DNA from: Macrostomum hystrix
Taxonomy: Eukaryota > Animalia > Platyhelminthes
Length of the DNA stretch: 64,000 nucleotides
Assembly (NCBI GenBank): GCA_950097015.1
Contig: CATNEN010000001.1
Span: 14,508,001 to 14,572,000, forward strand
Reading direction: 5' to 3'
The position numbers and the translations under genes are program-made. This document shows positions 48,145 to 62,301 of the stretch, in pieces (position 1 is the first letter of the stretch; each line of letters opens with the position of its first letter). The notes below the pieces were generated by a model, which saw nothing but the letters and a program-made list of their open reading frames with translations, was not told the DNA's origin and did no database searches.

Positions 48145-49290
48145 ATGAAACCTGTTAGACAGCAGATGAAACCTGTTAGACGGGAGATGAAAGCTGTTAG
48201 ACAGCAAATAAAACCTTTTAGACAGAAAACGAAACCTGTTGGACAGAAAACGAAACCTGTTGGACAGAAAATGAAACCTGTTGGACAGCAGATGGAACCT
48301 GTTAGACAGCAGATGGAACCTGTTAGACAGCAGATGGAACCTGTTAGACAGCAGATGGAACCTTTTAAACAGCAGATGGAACCTGTTAGACAGCAAATGA
48401 AACATGTTAGACAGCAGATGAAACCTTTTAAACAGCAGATGGAACCTGTTAGACAGCAGATGGAACCTATTAGACAGCAGATAAAACATGTTAGACAGCA
48501 GATGAAACCTGTTAGACAGCAGATGGAACCTGTTAGACAGCAGATGGAACCTATTAGACAGCAGATAAAACATGTTAGACAGCAGATGAAACCTGTTAGA
48601 CAGCAGATGGAACCTGTTAGACAACAGATAAAACCTGTTGGACAGCAGATGAAACCTTTTAAACAGCAGATGGAACCTGTTAGACAGCAGATGGAACCTG
48701 TTAGACAGCAAATAAAACATGTTAGACAGCAGATAAAACATGTTAGACAGCAGATGTAACCTGTTAGACAGCAGATAAAACCTGTTGGACAGCAGATGGA
48801 ACCTGTTAGACAGCAGATGGAACCTGTTAGACAGCAAATAAAACATGTTAGACAGCAGATAAAACATGTTAGACAGCAGATGTAACCTGTTAGACAGCAG
48901 ATGGAACCTGTTAGACAGCAGATAAAACCTGTTGGACAGCAGATGGAACCTGTTAGACAGCAGATGGAACCTGTTAGACAGCAGATGGAACCTGTTAGAC
49001 AGCAGATGGAACCTGTTAGACAGCAGATAAAACCTGTTGGACAGCAGATAAAACCTGTTGGACAGCAGATGGAACCTGTTAGACAGCAGATGGAACCTGT
49101 TAGACAGCAGATGAAACCTGTTAGACAGCAAATAAAACATGTTAGACAGCAGATGAAACCTGTTAGACAGCAGATGAAACCTGTTAGACAGCAGATGGAA
49201 CCTGTTAGACAGCAGATGGAACCTGTTAGACAGCAGATAAAACCTGTTGGACAGCACATGAAACCTGTTAGACAGCAGATGAAACCTGTT
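48145..49290. repeat. 21-bp minisatellite (GGAACCTGTTAGACAGCAGAT)n at the 3' end of GPCR intron 1
   Basis: Direct inspection; ends ~28 nt before the acceptor at 49318. Confidence 0.95.
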
Positions 49291-49318
49291 CGCCGACCAT
49301 GTCGTCAACCATCACCAG

Positions 49319-49609
49319 GTGGCGTCGGTGTGGCTGACGGTGGCTTTTACGGCCGACCGCTACCTGATGATTTGCCATCCTTTCCTAGCCGAGCGCTTAT
49401 GCAGCCGTCGGCTTGTTGGTCAGGTGGTGGCCGCCATATTTACCTGCTCCGCTCTTTACACCCTGCCGAGACTGTTTGAGCACGAAATCTTCACGCCCAG
49501 GGTGCCCGACTTTCTGGCTCACATGAACGACACTGAATTGGAAAGACTGGAGAGCGACCTCGTACAGACACAGGCCAACGGACAGGCCATGGCTGCTCAG
49601 CTGAGACAG
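49319..49609 (+). CDS. FMRFamide-receptor-like GPCR exon 2 (TM3-TM4)
   Basis: VASVWLTVAFTADRYLMICHPF (DRY), YTLPRLFE; phase 0 on both sides. Confidence 0.9.
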
Positions 49610-49622
49610 GTGAGAACTATTT

Positions 49623-49905
49623 CTCTAGATTCTTCCCCTAAATTGTTCCCCTACACTCTTCCCCTAGATTCTTCCCCTAGAGCCCTAGATTCTTCCCCTT
49701 GATTTTTCCCCTAGACCCCTAGATTCTTCCCCTAGATTCTTCCCCTAGATTCTTCCCCTAGATTCTTCCCCTAGATTCTTCCCCTAGAATCTTCCCCTAG
49801 ATTCTTCCCCTAGATTTTTCTCGAAGATTCTTCCCTAGATTATTCCCCTAGATTCTACAACTAGATTGTTCCCCTAGATTCTTCCCCCAGATTCTTCCCT
49901 AAGAT
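49623..49905. repeat. 13-bp minisatellite (TAGATTCTTCCCC)n at the 5' end of GPCR intron 2
   Basis: Direct inspection. Confidence 0.9.
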
Positions 49906-50052
49906 TCCCTCTTCTTAGGGAAGGAACGATTCCTTCGCACAGAACTTATTCCCTGATTCTTCTCAGTTAGGAGAAGCAATGGAAGCATGTTTACATTAAC
50001 TCAGTAGCTGTCAGCTGCACCGCATCGTATTCTCTCAAATCCCATCTCCAAG

Positions 50053-50868
50053 CTCGTACGCGGAGGTCGCACATGGTACCACCTGTCAAAGCTGGGCGCT
50101 ACTTCCGAGTACCGAATCTACTACCACCTGGTGGCCTGGCTCATTGTGGTGGTTCTGCTGCCGTTCGCTAGCCTAGCAGTCATGAACGCCTTCCTCATGC
50201 GGGCTGTTCAGAGGGCCAGGCAGCGAGGCCGCCGGCTCAGCGGCTCCGGCAGCGTCAACGGGGCCGTCAGCAGCGTCGCCGGCGCTCTGGGCGCCTCGGC
50301 GTTGAATAGACGCCCCAGGACGCGCAACGACACGACCGTGATGCTGATTGGAGTCATTGTACTATTCTTCGTCTGCCAGATTCCAGCTGCCATCATGCAC
50401 GCCATGTGGAGCACCAGGAAGGTCGGCTTGAAGCAGGACCTGCTGGACTATGCCTTCCAGGATGTGTCCAACCTGCTGGTGGTGCTGAACTCGGCAATCA
50501 ACATTGTGCCCTACTGCCTGTTTAGCGGCAAATTTCGGCGTCAATTGCTGCGCACTCTGCTGTGCTGCGGCTGGTGCGCTAGAAAGATTGGCGACTCGCT
50601 GCAGAATCACAATGTCCGCCGGCTGCCAACCGGACACAGGAGCAACCATGCGCAATCTAGCCGCCATCAGCAGAGACCAATTGAGCTGCGGACGCCGCCG
50701 TCACAGCCGCTGCAGCCAGAGCCGCTGCTACAGCAGCAGCAGCATGGGAAGGTAAATAAGAAGCAGAAGGTTAAGCAGCCGAAAGCTAGACGTCAATCAA
50801 CATTGTCGTTCGGCTATCACCTGGGCCCCTATCTGGTTGATCCCGAGCTCATGACCCTACCGGTTTGA
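50053..50868 (+). CDS. FMRFamide-receptor-like GPCR exon 3 (TM5-TM7, C-tail)
   Basis: SKLG...Y, LLPFASLAVMN, TTVMLIGVIVLFFVCQIP, SNLLVVLNSAINIVPYCLFSGKFRR. Confidence 0.88.
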   Translation, partial: LVRGGRTWYHLSKLGATSEYRIYYHLVAWLIVVVLLPFASLAVMNAFLMRAVQRARQRGRRLSGSGSVNGAVSSVAGALGASALNRRPRTRNDTTVMLIGVIVLFFVCQIPAAIMHAMWSTRKVGLKQDLLDYAFQDVSNLLVVLNSAINIVPYCLFSGKFRRQLLRTLLCCGWCARKIGDSLQNHNVRRLPTGHRSNHAQSSRHQQRPIELRTPPSQPLQPEPLLQQQQHGKVNKKQKVKQPKARRQSTLSFGYHLGPYLVDPELMTLPV

Positions 50869-52242
50869 TCGAGGACAATTAATTTTTTCACACTATAACA
50901 ATTTTTTGTCATTCCTTTCTTACAAGCTCCCTGTAGAGAATCATTTTCCTTTTGCATTCTCTTTCAGTTCGCACCTGTAAATAGCAAGTATCACTGGCAT
51001 AACAAATCAATCAGTGTTTGATCGTGCTTACTATTCGTATTTAAGCAGCGTTATTATATTTCTGTAGTTGTAGTGTAACATTATTGATTAGAATTGTCTG
51101 ATAACACACAATGGGACATTGGCTTTATTTAACATAATAGAATACATGAAATTTACTTATTATTTTTAACTTTTATGTACTTTTCCTGTTGCTAATTTGC
51201 TAAAATTGTTTAAAATTTAACAAATTAACAAATAAATGGTAAATTATAACTTTGACATTATGCGAGCAAATATCACATTTTTAAACAATTTTATAGGTTC
51301 AATTTAATTGCTGTCCAATAATGTACAATAAACAAGGACTTGTTAGTAAATAATGATATTTTTGTTGTTTATTATAATTAAGATGATTAATTTTCCTTTC
51401 CATTAACTGTTCCAAGTTCAAAACAATTAAGAAATTTTTAAAATGACAAGAGTTGTTGAATTTTGTACTTATAAAATAACGCACGAACACGGCCGTGTTG
51501 TTGCTTATTTAGTGGCTCTCAAAGCAGTTAGTATTGCATAGATTTTGTTAGTTTTAACTGTGTAAATGTCGCTTTTCTGTCATACATGACAACGGTACAA
51601 TTGATAATTAAAATTTCGCGAATATTTTCAGTTCATTTGTTAAATTACTTTAGTTTAAGTCTGATGTTCTTAGCTACGTTGTGACGCTAGCAAAAGTGAA
51701 ACCCGATTCAATCGCAAATATCTATGAAGTGCTGTGTCTCAATATTATTTTAATCAGCACAAAATCTAACTGTGTTGTGTTGCGAACAGTCACTCGTTAA
51801 AAATATTTTCCCACTTCCTAAAATCTGTCACACGTTAAAATATTAATAAAATAGAAAGATCAACGATTCCTTACATAGAAAGAGCGTGTCAGCTCTGATT
51901 TCTAATAAACTCTTTGATGTGTGACGGCCTTCTAAGGCAAAATCAATTGATTAAATTTCAGCTATTGACTCCGATCCATTCCATAAATATTCGAGTCGAC
52001 TGACACGTGAGATCCTTGGATGAGATGAGTGTTGGTAAATTATTGAAATTCTGGGGCGTAATTGCGAGGTGACTTGTAAACCCGGATGGCTCATGTTTAC
52101 AAAATGTATAATAATATAGCTAGTACGAGCTATATGACCTATTTTTAAGGCAACACCTCGGCTTCAAGATTTTTTTCAACAATTCGTAAATAGAAATTTT
52201 GACTCACCGTAAATACTGGTACAGAATCTCGAAGATAGAACA

Positions 52243-52760
52243 TCCTTCCACTCCACCCACTACCCTTCCACTCCACCAACTACCCTTCCACTCAACCCAC
52301 TACCCTTCCACTCCACCCACTACCCTTCCACTCCACCCACTACCCTTCCACTCCACCCACTACCCTTCCACTCCACCCACTACCCTTCCACTCCACCCAC
52401 TAGCCTTCCACTCCACCCACTAGCCTTCCACTCCACCCACTAGCCTTCCACTCCACCCACTACCCTTCCACTCCACCCACTACCCTTCCACTCCACCCAC
52501 TACCCTTCCACTCCACCAACTACCCTTCCACTCAACCCACTACCCTTCCACTCCACCCACTACCCTTCCACTCCACCCACTACCCTTCCACTCCACCCAC
52601 TACCCTTCCACTCCACCCACTACCCTTCCACTCCACCCACTAGCCTTCCACTCCACCCACTAGCCTTCCACTCCACCCACTAGCCTTCCACTCCACCCAC
52701 TACCCTTCCACTCCACCCACTACCCTTACACTTAACCCACTACCCTTCCACTCAACCCTA
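52243..52760. repeat. 20-bp C-rich minisatellite (CCTTCCACTCCACCCACTAC)n
   Basis: Direct inspection. Confidence 0.95.
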
Positions 52761-52764
52761 ATAT

Positions 52765-55700
52765 AGTTCCTTAAACCATATTCCAGTTCTCAAATCTGCT
52801 ATATCAGTTACCTAATCCCCTATTTTAGTTCCCTAGTCCACTAATTCAGTTCCTTAAACCCTATTCCAGTTCTCAAATCTGCTATATCAGTTACCTAATC
52901 CCCTATTTTAGTTCCCTAGTCCACTAATTCAGTTCCTTAAACCCTATTCCAGTTCTCAAATCTGCTATATCAGTTACCTAATCCCCTATTTTAGTTCCCT
53001 AGTCCACTAATTCAGTTCCTTAAACCCTATTCCAGTTCTCAAATCTCCTATATCAGTTACCTAATCCCCTATTTTAGTTCCCTAGTCCACTAATTCAGTT
53101 CCTTAAACCCTATTCCAGTTCTCAAATCTGCTATATCAGTTACCTAATCCCCTATTTTAGTTCCCTAGTCCACTAATTCAGTTCCTTAAACCCTATTCCA
53201 GTTCTCAAATCTCCTATATCAGTTACCTAATCCCCTTTTTTAGTTCCCTAGTCCACTAATTCAGTTCCTTAAACCCTATTCCAGTTCTCAAATCTCCTAT
53301 ATCAGTTACCTAATCCCTTATTTAATTTCCCTAGTCCACTAATTTCGTTCCTTAAACCCTATTCCAGTTCTCAAATCTCCTATATCAGTTACCTAATCCC
53401 CTATTTTAGTTTCCTAGTCCACTAATTTAGTTCCTTAAACCCTATTCCAGTTCTCAAATCTGCTATATCAGTTACCTAATCCCCTATTTTAGTTCCCTAG
53501 TCCACTAATTCAGTTCCTTAAACCCTATTCCAGTTCTCAAATCTGCTATATCAGTTACCTAATCCCCTATTTTAGTTCCCTAGTCCACTAATTCAGTTCC
53601 TTAAACCCTATTCCAGTTCTCAAATCTGCTATATCAGTTACCTAATCCCCTATTTAATTTCCCTAGTCCACTAATTCAGTTCCTTAAACCCTATTCCAGT
53701 TCTCAAATCTGCTATATCAGTTACCTAATCCCCTATTTTAGTTCCCTAGTCCACTAATTCAGTTCCTTAAACCCTATTCCAGTTCTCAAATCTCCTATAT
53801 CAGTTACCTAATCCCCTATTTTAGTTCCCTAGTCCACTAATTCAGTTCCTTAAACCCTATTCCAGTTCTCAAATCTGCTATATCAGTTACCTAATCCCCT
53901 ATTTTAGTTCCCTAGTCCACTAATTTAGTTCCTTAAACCCTATTCCAGTTCTCAAATCTGCTATATCAGTTACCTAATCCCCTATTTTAGTTTCCTAGTC
54001 CACTAATTCAGTTCCTTAAACCCTATTCCAGTTCTCAAATCTCCTATATCAGTTACCTAATCCCCTATTTTAGTTCCCTAGTCCTCTAATTCAGTTCCTT
54101 AAACCCTATTCCAGTTCTCAAATCTCCTATATCAGTTACCTAATCCCCTATTTTAGTTCCCTAGTCCTCTAATTCAGTTCCTTAAACCCTATTCCAGTTC
54201 TCAAATCTCCTATATCAGTTACCTAATCCCCTATTTTAGTTCCCTAGTCCACTAATTCAGTTCCTTAAACCCCATTCCAGTTCTCAAATCTCCTATATCA
54301 GTTACCTAATCCCTAATTTAATTTCCTTAGTCCACTAATTCAGTTCCTTAAACCCTATTCCAGTTCTCAAATCTGCTATATCAGTTACCTAATCCCCTAT
54401 TTTAGTTCCCTAGTCCACTAATTCAGTTCCTTAAACCCTATTCCAGTTCTCAAATCTCCTATATCAGTTACCTAATCCCCTATTTTAGTTCCCTAGTCCA
54501 CTAATTTAGTTCCTTAAACCCTATTCCAGTTCTCAAATCTCCTATATCAGTTACCTAATCCCCTATTTTAGTTCCCTAGTCCACTAATTCAGTTCCTTAA
54601 ACCCCATTCCAGTTCTCAAATCTCCTATATCAGTTACCTAATCCCTAATTTAATTTCCTTAGTCCACTAATTCAGTTCCTTAAACCCTATTCCAGTTCTC
54701 AAATCTGCTATATCAGTTACCTAATCCCCTATTTTAGTTCCCTAGTCCACTAATTCAGTTCCTTAAACCCTATTCCAGTTCTCAAATCTCCTATATCAGT
54801 TACCTAATCCCCTATTTTAGTTCCCTAGTCCACTAATTCAGTTCCTTAAACCCCATTCCAGTTCTCAAATCTCCTATATCAGTTACCTAATCCCCTATTT
54901 TAGTTCCCTAGTCCACTAATTCAGCTCCTTAAATCCTATTCCAGTTCTCAAATCTCCTATATCAGTTACCTAATCCCCTATTTTAGTTCCCTAGTCCACT
55001 AATTCAGTTCCTTAAACCCTATTCCAGTTCTCAAATCTCCTATATCAGTTACCTAATCCCCTATTTTAGTTCCCTAGTCCACTAATTTAGTTCCTTAAAC
55101 CCTATTCCAGTTCTCAAATCTCCTATATCAGTTACCTAATCCCCTATTTTAGTTCCCTAGTCCACTAATTCAGCTCCTTAAATCCTATTCCAGTTCTCAA
55201 ATCTCCTATATCAGTTACCTAATCCCCTATTTTAGTTCCCTAGTCCACTAATTTAGTTCCTTAAACCCTATTCCAGTTCTCAAATCTCCTATATCAGTTA
55301 CCTAATCCCCTATTTTAGTTCCCTAGTCCACAAATTCAGCTCCTTAAACCCTATTCCAGTTCTCAAATCTCCTATATCAGTTACCTAATCCCCTATTTTA
55401 GTTCCCTAGTCCACTAATTCAGTTCCTTAAACCCTATTCCAGTTCTCAAATCTCCTATATCAGTTACCTAATCCCCTATTTTAGTTCCCTAGTCCACTAA
55501 TTCAGCTCCTTAAATCCTATTCCAGTTCTCAAATCTGCTATATCAGTTACCTAATCCCCTATTTTAGTTCCCTAGTCCACTAATTCAGTTCCTTAAACCC
55601 TATTCCAGTTCTCAAATCTCCTATATCAGTTACCTAATCCCCTATTTTAGTTCCCTAGTCCACTAATTTAGTTCCTTAAACCCTATTCCAGTTCTCAAAT

Positions 55701-58700
55701 CTCCTATATCAGTTACCTAATCCCCTATTTTAGTTCCCTAGTCCACTAATTCAGCTCCTTAAATCCTATTCCAGTTAAAAAATCTCCTATATCAGTTACC
55801 TAATCCCCTATTTTAGTTCCCTAGTCCACTAATTTAGTTCCTTAAACCCTATTCCAGTTCTCAAATCTCCTATATCAATTACCTAATCCCCTATTTTAGT
55901 TCCCTAGTCCACTAATTCAGCTCCTTAAACCCTATTCCAGTTCTCAAATCTCCTATATCAGTTACCTAATCCCCTATTTTAGTTCCCTAGTCCACTAATT
56001 TAGTTCCTTAAACCCTATTCCAGTTCTCAAATCTCCTATATCAGTTACCTAATCCCCTATTTTAGTTCCCTAGTCCACTAATTCAGCTCCTTAAATCCTA
56101 TTCCAGTTAAAAAATCTCCTATATCAGTTACCTAATCCCCTATTTTAGTTCCCTAGTCCACTAATTCAGTTCCTTAAACCCTATTCCAGTTCTCAAATCT
56201 CCTATATCAGTTACCTAATCCCCTATTTTAGTTCCCTAGTCCACTAATTTAGTTCCTTAAACCCTATTCCAGTTCTCAAATCTCCTATATCAGTTACCTA
56301 ATCCCCTATTTTAGTTCCCTAGTCCACTAATTCAGCTCCTTAAACCCTATTCCAGTTCTCAAATCTCCTATATCAGTTACCTAATCCCCTATTTTAGTTC
56401 CCTAGTCCACTAATTCAGCTCCTTAAATCCTATTCCAGTTCTCAAATCTGCTATATCAGTTACCTAATCCCCTATTTTAGTTTCCTAGTCCACTAATTTA
56501 GTTCCTTAAACCCTATTCCAGTTCTCAAATCTCCTATATCAGTTACCTAATCCCCTATTTTAGTTCCCTAGTCCACTAATTCAGCTCCTTAAATCCTATT
56601 CCAGTTAAAAAATCTCCTATATCAGTTACCTAATCCCCTATTTTAGTTTCCTAGTCCACTAATTCAGTTCCTTAAACCCTATTCCAGTTCTCAAATCTGC
56701 TATATCAGTTACCTAATCCCCTATTTTAGTTCCCTAGTCCACTAATTCAGTTCCTTAAACCCTATTCCAGTTCTCAAATCTCCTATATCAGTTACCTAAT
56801 CCCCTATTTTAGTTCCCTAGTCCACTAATTTAGTTCCTTAAACCCTATTCCAGTTCTCAAATCTCCTATATCAGTTACCTAATCCCCTATTTTAGTTCCC
56901 TAGTCCACTAATTCAGCTCCTTAAATCCTATTCCAGTTCTCAAATCTGCTATATCAGTTACCTAATCCCCTATTTTAGTTCCCTAGTCCACTAATTCAGT
57001 TCCTTAAACCCTATTCCAGTTCTCAAATCTCCTATATCAGTTACCTAATCCCCTATTTTAGTTCCCTAGTCCACTAATTTAGTTCCTTAAACCCTATTCC
57101 AGTTCTCAAATCTCCTATATCAGTTACCTAATCCCCTATTTTAGTTCCCTAGTCCACTAATTCAGCTCCTTAAATCCTATTCCAGTTAAAAAATCTCCTA
57201 TATCAGTTACCTAATCCCCTATTTTAGTTCCCTAGTCCTCTAATTCAGTTCCTTAAACCCTATTCCAGTTCTCAAATCTCCTATATCAGTTACCTAATCC
57301 CCTATTTTAGTTCCCTAGTCCACTAATTTAGTTCCTTAAACCCTATTCCAGTTCTCAAATCTCCTATATCAGTTACCTAATCCCCTATTTTAGTTCCCTA
57401 GTCCACTAATTCAGCTCCTTAAACCCTATTCCAGTTCTCAAATCTCCTATATCAGTTACCTAATCCCCTATTTTAGTTCCCTAGTCCACTAATTCAGCTC
57501 CTTAAACCCTATTCCAGTTCTCAAATCTCCTATATCAGTTACCTAATCCCCTATTTTAGTTCCCTAGTCCACTAATTCAGCTCCTTAAATCCTATTCCAG
57601 TTAAAAAATCTCCTATATCAGTTACCTAATCCCCTATTTTAGTTCCCTAGTCCACTAATTCAGCTCCTTAAACCCTATTCCAGTTCTCAAATCTCCTATA
57701 TCAGTTACCTAATCCCCTATTTTAGTTCCCTAGTCCACTAATTCAGCTCCTTAAATCCTATTCCAGTTCTCAAATCTGCTATATCAGTTACCTAATCCCC
57801 TATTTTAGTTTCCTAGTCCACTAATTTAGTTCCTTAAACCCTATTCCAGTTCTCAAATCTCCTATATCAGTTACCTAATCCCCTATTTTAGTTCCCTAGT
57901 CCACTAATTCAGCTCCTTAAACCCTATTCCAGTTCTCAAATCTCCTATATCAGTTACCTAATCCCCTATTTTAGTTTCCTAGTCCACTAATTTAGTTCCT
58001 TAAACCCTATTCCAGTTCTCAAATCTCCTATATCAGTTACCTAATCCCCTATTTTAGTTCCCTAGTCCACTAATTCAGCTCCTTAAACCCTATTCCAGTT
58101 CTCAAATCTCCTATATCAGTTACCTAATCCCCTATTTTAGTTCCCTAGTCCACTAATTCAGTTCCTTAAACCCTATTCCAGTTCTCAAATCTCCTATATC
58201 AGTTACCTAATCCCCTATTTTAGTTCCCTAGTCCACTAATTCAGCTCCTTAAATCCTATTCCAGTTCTCAAATCTGCTATATCAGTTACCTAATCCCCTA
58301 TTTTAGTTCCCTAGTCCACTAATTCAGTTCCTTAAACCCTATTCCAGTTCTCAAATCTCCTATATCAGTTACCTAATCCCCTATTTTAGTTCCCTAGTCC
58401 ACTAATTTAGTTCCTTAAACCCTATTCCAGTTCTCAAATCTCCTATATCAGTTACCTAATCCCCTATTTTAGTTCCCTAGTCCACTAATTCAGTTCCTTA
58501 AATCCTATTCCAGTTAAAAAATCTCCTATATCAATTACCTAATCCCCTATTTTAGTTCCCTAGTCCACTAATTCAGTTCCTTAAATCCTATTCCAGTTAA
58601 AAAATCTCCTATATCAATTACCTAATCCCCTATTTTAGTTTCCTAGTCCACTAATTTAGTTCCTTAAACCCTATTCCAGTTCTCAAATCTCCTATATCAG

Positions 58701-59222
58701 TTACCTAATCCCCTATTTTAGTTCCCTAGTCCACTAATTCAGTTCCTTAAATCCTATTCCAGTTAAAAAATCTCCTATATCAATTACCTAATCCCCTATT
58801 TTAGTTCCCTAGTCCACTAATTTAGTTCCTTAAACCCTATTCCAGTTCTCAAATCTGCTATATCAGTTACCTAATCCCCTATTTTAGTTCCCTAGTCCAC
58901 TAATTCAGTTCCTTAAATCCTATTCCAGTTAAAAAATCTCCTATATCAATTACCTAATCCCCTATTTTAGTTCCCTAGTCCACTAATTTAGTTCCTTAAA
59001 CCCTATTCCAGTTCTCAAATCTCCTATATCAGTTACCTAATCCCCTATTTTAGTTCCCTAGTCCACTAATTCAGTTCCTTAAATCCTATTCCAGTTAAAA
59101 AATCTCCTATATCAATTACCTAATCCCCTATTTTAGTTCCCTAGTCCACTAATTCAGTTCCTTAAATCCTATTCCAGTTAAAAAATCTCCTATATCAATT
59201 ACCTAATCCCTTATTTAATTTC
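52765..59222. repeat. 83-bp satellite (~78 copies) built from four diverged 20-21-bp AGTT-initiated subunits
   Basis: Unit AGTTCCTTAAACCCTATTCC AGTTCTCAAATCTCCTATATC AGTTACCTAATCCCCTATTTT AGTTCCCTAGTCCACTAATTC; period 83 confirmed (52848 to 52931). Confidence 0.95.
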
Positions 59223-59677
59223 CCGCACACACAGACAACCACACACTTCCTGCGCATTCTTATTGCGTGACTAGCGGGGCTGTATGCTAATTTATTGCAC
59301 AATAGAAAGAAGCAAGAACAACAGTGTATGGAGAACACGAACAGCAGAGTGCTAGCCACTACAATTAGTAGCCAGCCAAAAGCTAATAGATACTGGTGTA
59401 TATTGCCCAGTGATCTTTAGTAGCTAAAGCTATAGCAAGGCCTAATTATTGTTACTTTGATGTTCGATCAGAGGTAGCCAAGCTCAGTTCTGACGAGACC
59501 TCAGAGAAAGACAGAAAAACCCAAGCCTAGACTAACTATAGAACTCAAGTGCCTACATTTGCTCTGTCAGCTGAAACGAATAGAACAGTTACGAAGATCA
59601 CAGAAACCGGATATTGCTACATGTAGCTAGATTGCCTTTGTGCTAGCAACTGAAGGACACTGACACTCTGATATAAA

Positions 59678-60689
59678 GGTTGCCTGAAGTACTGGAAGGT
59701 TGTTTTGAAGGATTAAAAAGTTGCCTGAAGGGTTGGACGGTTGCCTAAAGGGCTGGAAGGTTGCCTGAAGGACAGGAATGTTACCTGAAGGACAGGAATG
59801 TTGCCTGAAGGACAGGAATGTTACCTGAAGGACAGGAATGTTGCCTGAAGGACAGGAATGTTGCCTGAAGGACTGAATGTTTTTTGAAGGACAGGAAGGT
59901 TTGCCTGAAGGACTGAATGTTTTTTGAAGGACAGGAAGGTTTGCCTGAAGGACAGGAAGGTTGCCTGAAGGACAGGAAGGTTGCCTGAAGGAATGGATGT
60001 TTTCTGAAGGACAGGAAGGTTTGCCTGAAGGACAAGAATGCTGCCTGAAGGACTGGGAGGTTTCCTGAAGGACAGAAAGGTTGCCTGAAGGACAGGAAGG
60101 TTGCCTGAAGGAATGGATGTTTTCTGAAGGACAGGAAGGTTTCCTGATAGACAGAAAGGTTGCCTGAAGGACAGGAATGTTGCCTGAAGGACAGGAATGT
60201 TGCCTGAAGGACTGAATGTTTTTTGAAGGACAGGAAGGTTTGCCTGAAGGACAGGAAGGTTGCCTGAAGGACTGAATGTTTTTTGAAGGACAGGAAGGTT
60301 TGCCTGAAGGACAGGAAGGTTGCCTGAAGGACTGAATGTTTTTTGAAGGACAGGAAGGTTTGCCTGAAGGACAGGAAGTTTGCCTGAAGGACTGAATGTT
60401 TTTTGAAGGACAGGAAGGTTTGCCTGAAGGACAGGAAGGTTGCCTGAAGGACAGGAATGTTGCCTGAAGGAATGGATGTTTTCCGAAGGACAGGAAGGTT
60501 TCCTGATAGACAGAAAGGTTGCCTGAAGGACAGGAATGTTGCCTGAAGGACTGAATGTTTTCTGAAGGACAAGAAGGTTTGCCTGAAGGAATGGAAGGTT
60601 GCCTGAAGGACATGAAGGTTGCCTGAAGGACAGGAAGGTTGCCTGAAGGAATGGAAGGTTGCCTGAAGGACATGAAGGTTGCCTGAAGA
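59678..60689. repeat. ~20-bp minisatellite (GTTGCCTGAAGGACAGGAAG)n with variant subunits
   Basis: Direct inspection. Confidence 0.93.
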
Positions 60690-61734
60690 ATTGAATGGTG
60701 GAATGTGAAGTGAATACTTGTTTAAAAATACACTATGAAGAGGACTACATGCAAGGAAAATAAAGCTTCAAAAAATCAGCAGCTCCTATTTAGTTAATAA
60801 AAATCCTTTTGAGAATTCTGACATGGCAAAATGAAACAGACTTAGTTTATTGTTGCTCATGATTTCATTGGGTGCACAAAAAGCAAGAATTAATACAAAT
60901 TAATTTTATAATAAACAAAGATTTTCGCACAGCTACATAGTAATAAGGAACAATATAAGACAGACTTAATAAAAGTTGGCCTATTGAAACTCACAGGATC
61001 AAACTGATCTCATAGAAAAATTCTTGGAATAACAACTGCAGACAGATATTTTGAAAACAAACAGAATAATATGTACAATTATGACTTGATTATCTTTTGC
61101 TACTACTGACTTGGACAGCTTGTGAAAAGTTTTGGAAATTAATCACGTCATTGGTAGATTAAATTTCTTTGAGATTATTGGGATATTATTTTAAGTTTAA
61201 GATTTCAAAGGGACAAATATTTTATAATTTGGGAAAATTGCAAGTAAAAAAAACAGCAACAAATAATAAATTGCTATTCAATAAAACAAACACTAAAAAA
61301 TGCAGACAATAGATGACAGTTTAGAGCAAGTGAGATAACACACTAACTATGCTACAGTTTATACAAATCGAATACAGACGAGCAAAAACTGACCAGCCTA
61401 AAATCACAAAAAACTGTTTTTTTAAAGCACTAAAATATGATTAATTATTAAAGAACAAACAAGCAAACAGATAGCTGACACAACAGCTAGCCCAGAAACT
61501 GGTAACACAAGAAACAAACATATAATGTAAGCAAATACAAAACAGTAGCTACTGATAGCGCTTCAGTAGGCTAGTGGAAATATTGTTGTCTAAACAAATA
61601 TGCAATCATTTACAATGCTAGCCGTTTAGACTCTTGAGAGGCAATGGAGGTTTGGACATAGACACCAAATGGCTAGCAATGGTGTTGAATTTTTTGTTCT
61701 GTTGGTCAGAATGCAATGCAATCCAACAAATTGT

Positions 61735-62220
61735 CAATCTACTCTCACCCTGTCACCAATCTACTCTCATCCTGTCTCTAATCTATTCTCACCCTGTCTC
61801 TAATCTACTCTCACCCTGTCTCTAATCTATTCTCACCCTGTCTCTAATCTATTCTCACCCTGTCTCTAATCTACTCTCACCCTGTCTCTAATCTATTCTC
61901 ACCATGTCTCTAATCTACTCTCACCCTGTCACCAATCTACTCTCACCATGTCTCTAATCTACTCTCACCCTGTCTCTAATCTATTCTCACCCTGTCTCTA
62001 ATCTATTCTCACCCTGTCTCTAATCTACTCTCACCCTGTCTCTAATCTACTCTCACCCTGTCTCTAATCTACTCTCACCCTGTCTCTAATCTACTCTCAT
62101 CATGTCTCTAATCTACTCTCACCATGTCTCTAATAGACTCTCTCTCGCCTGTGTCTAATCTACTCTCATCCAGTTCCTAATCTACTCTCTATCTCTATCT
62201 CTAATCTACTCTCACCCTAA
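61735..62220. repeat. 22-bp minisatellite (CTCACCCTGTCTCTAATCTACT)n just 3' of the ONECUT stop
   Basis: Direct inspection. Confidence 0.92.
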
Positions 62221-62301
62221 GCTGATTTCTCAGTCAATTCCAAGCTTAAATGTCATTAGTTACGGATTGCCAGGGTGACTCAGACAGACCCTCGTCAGTA
62301 T

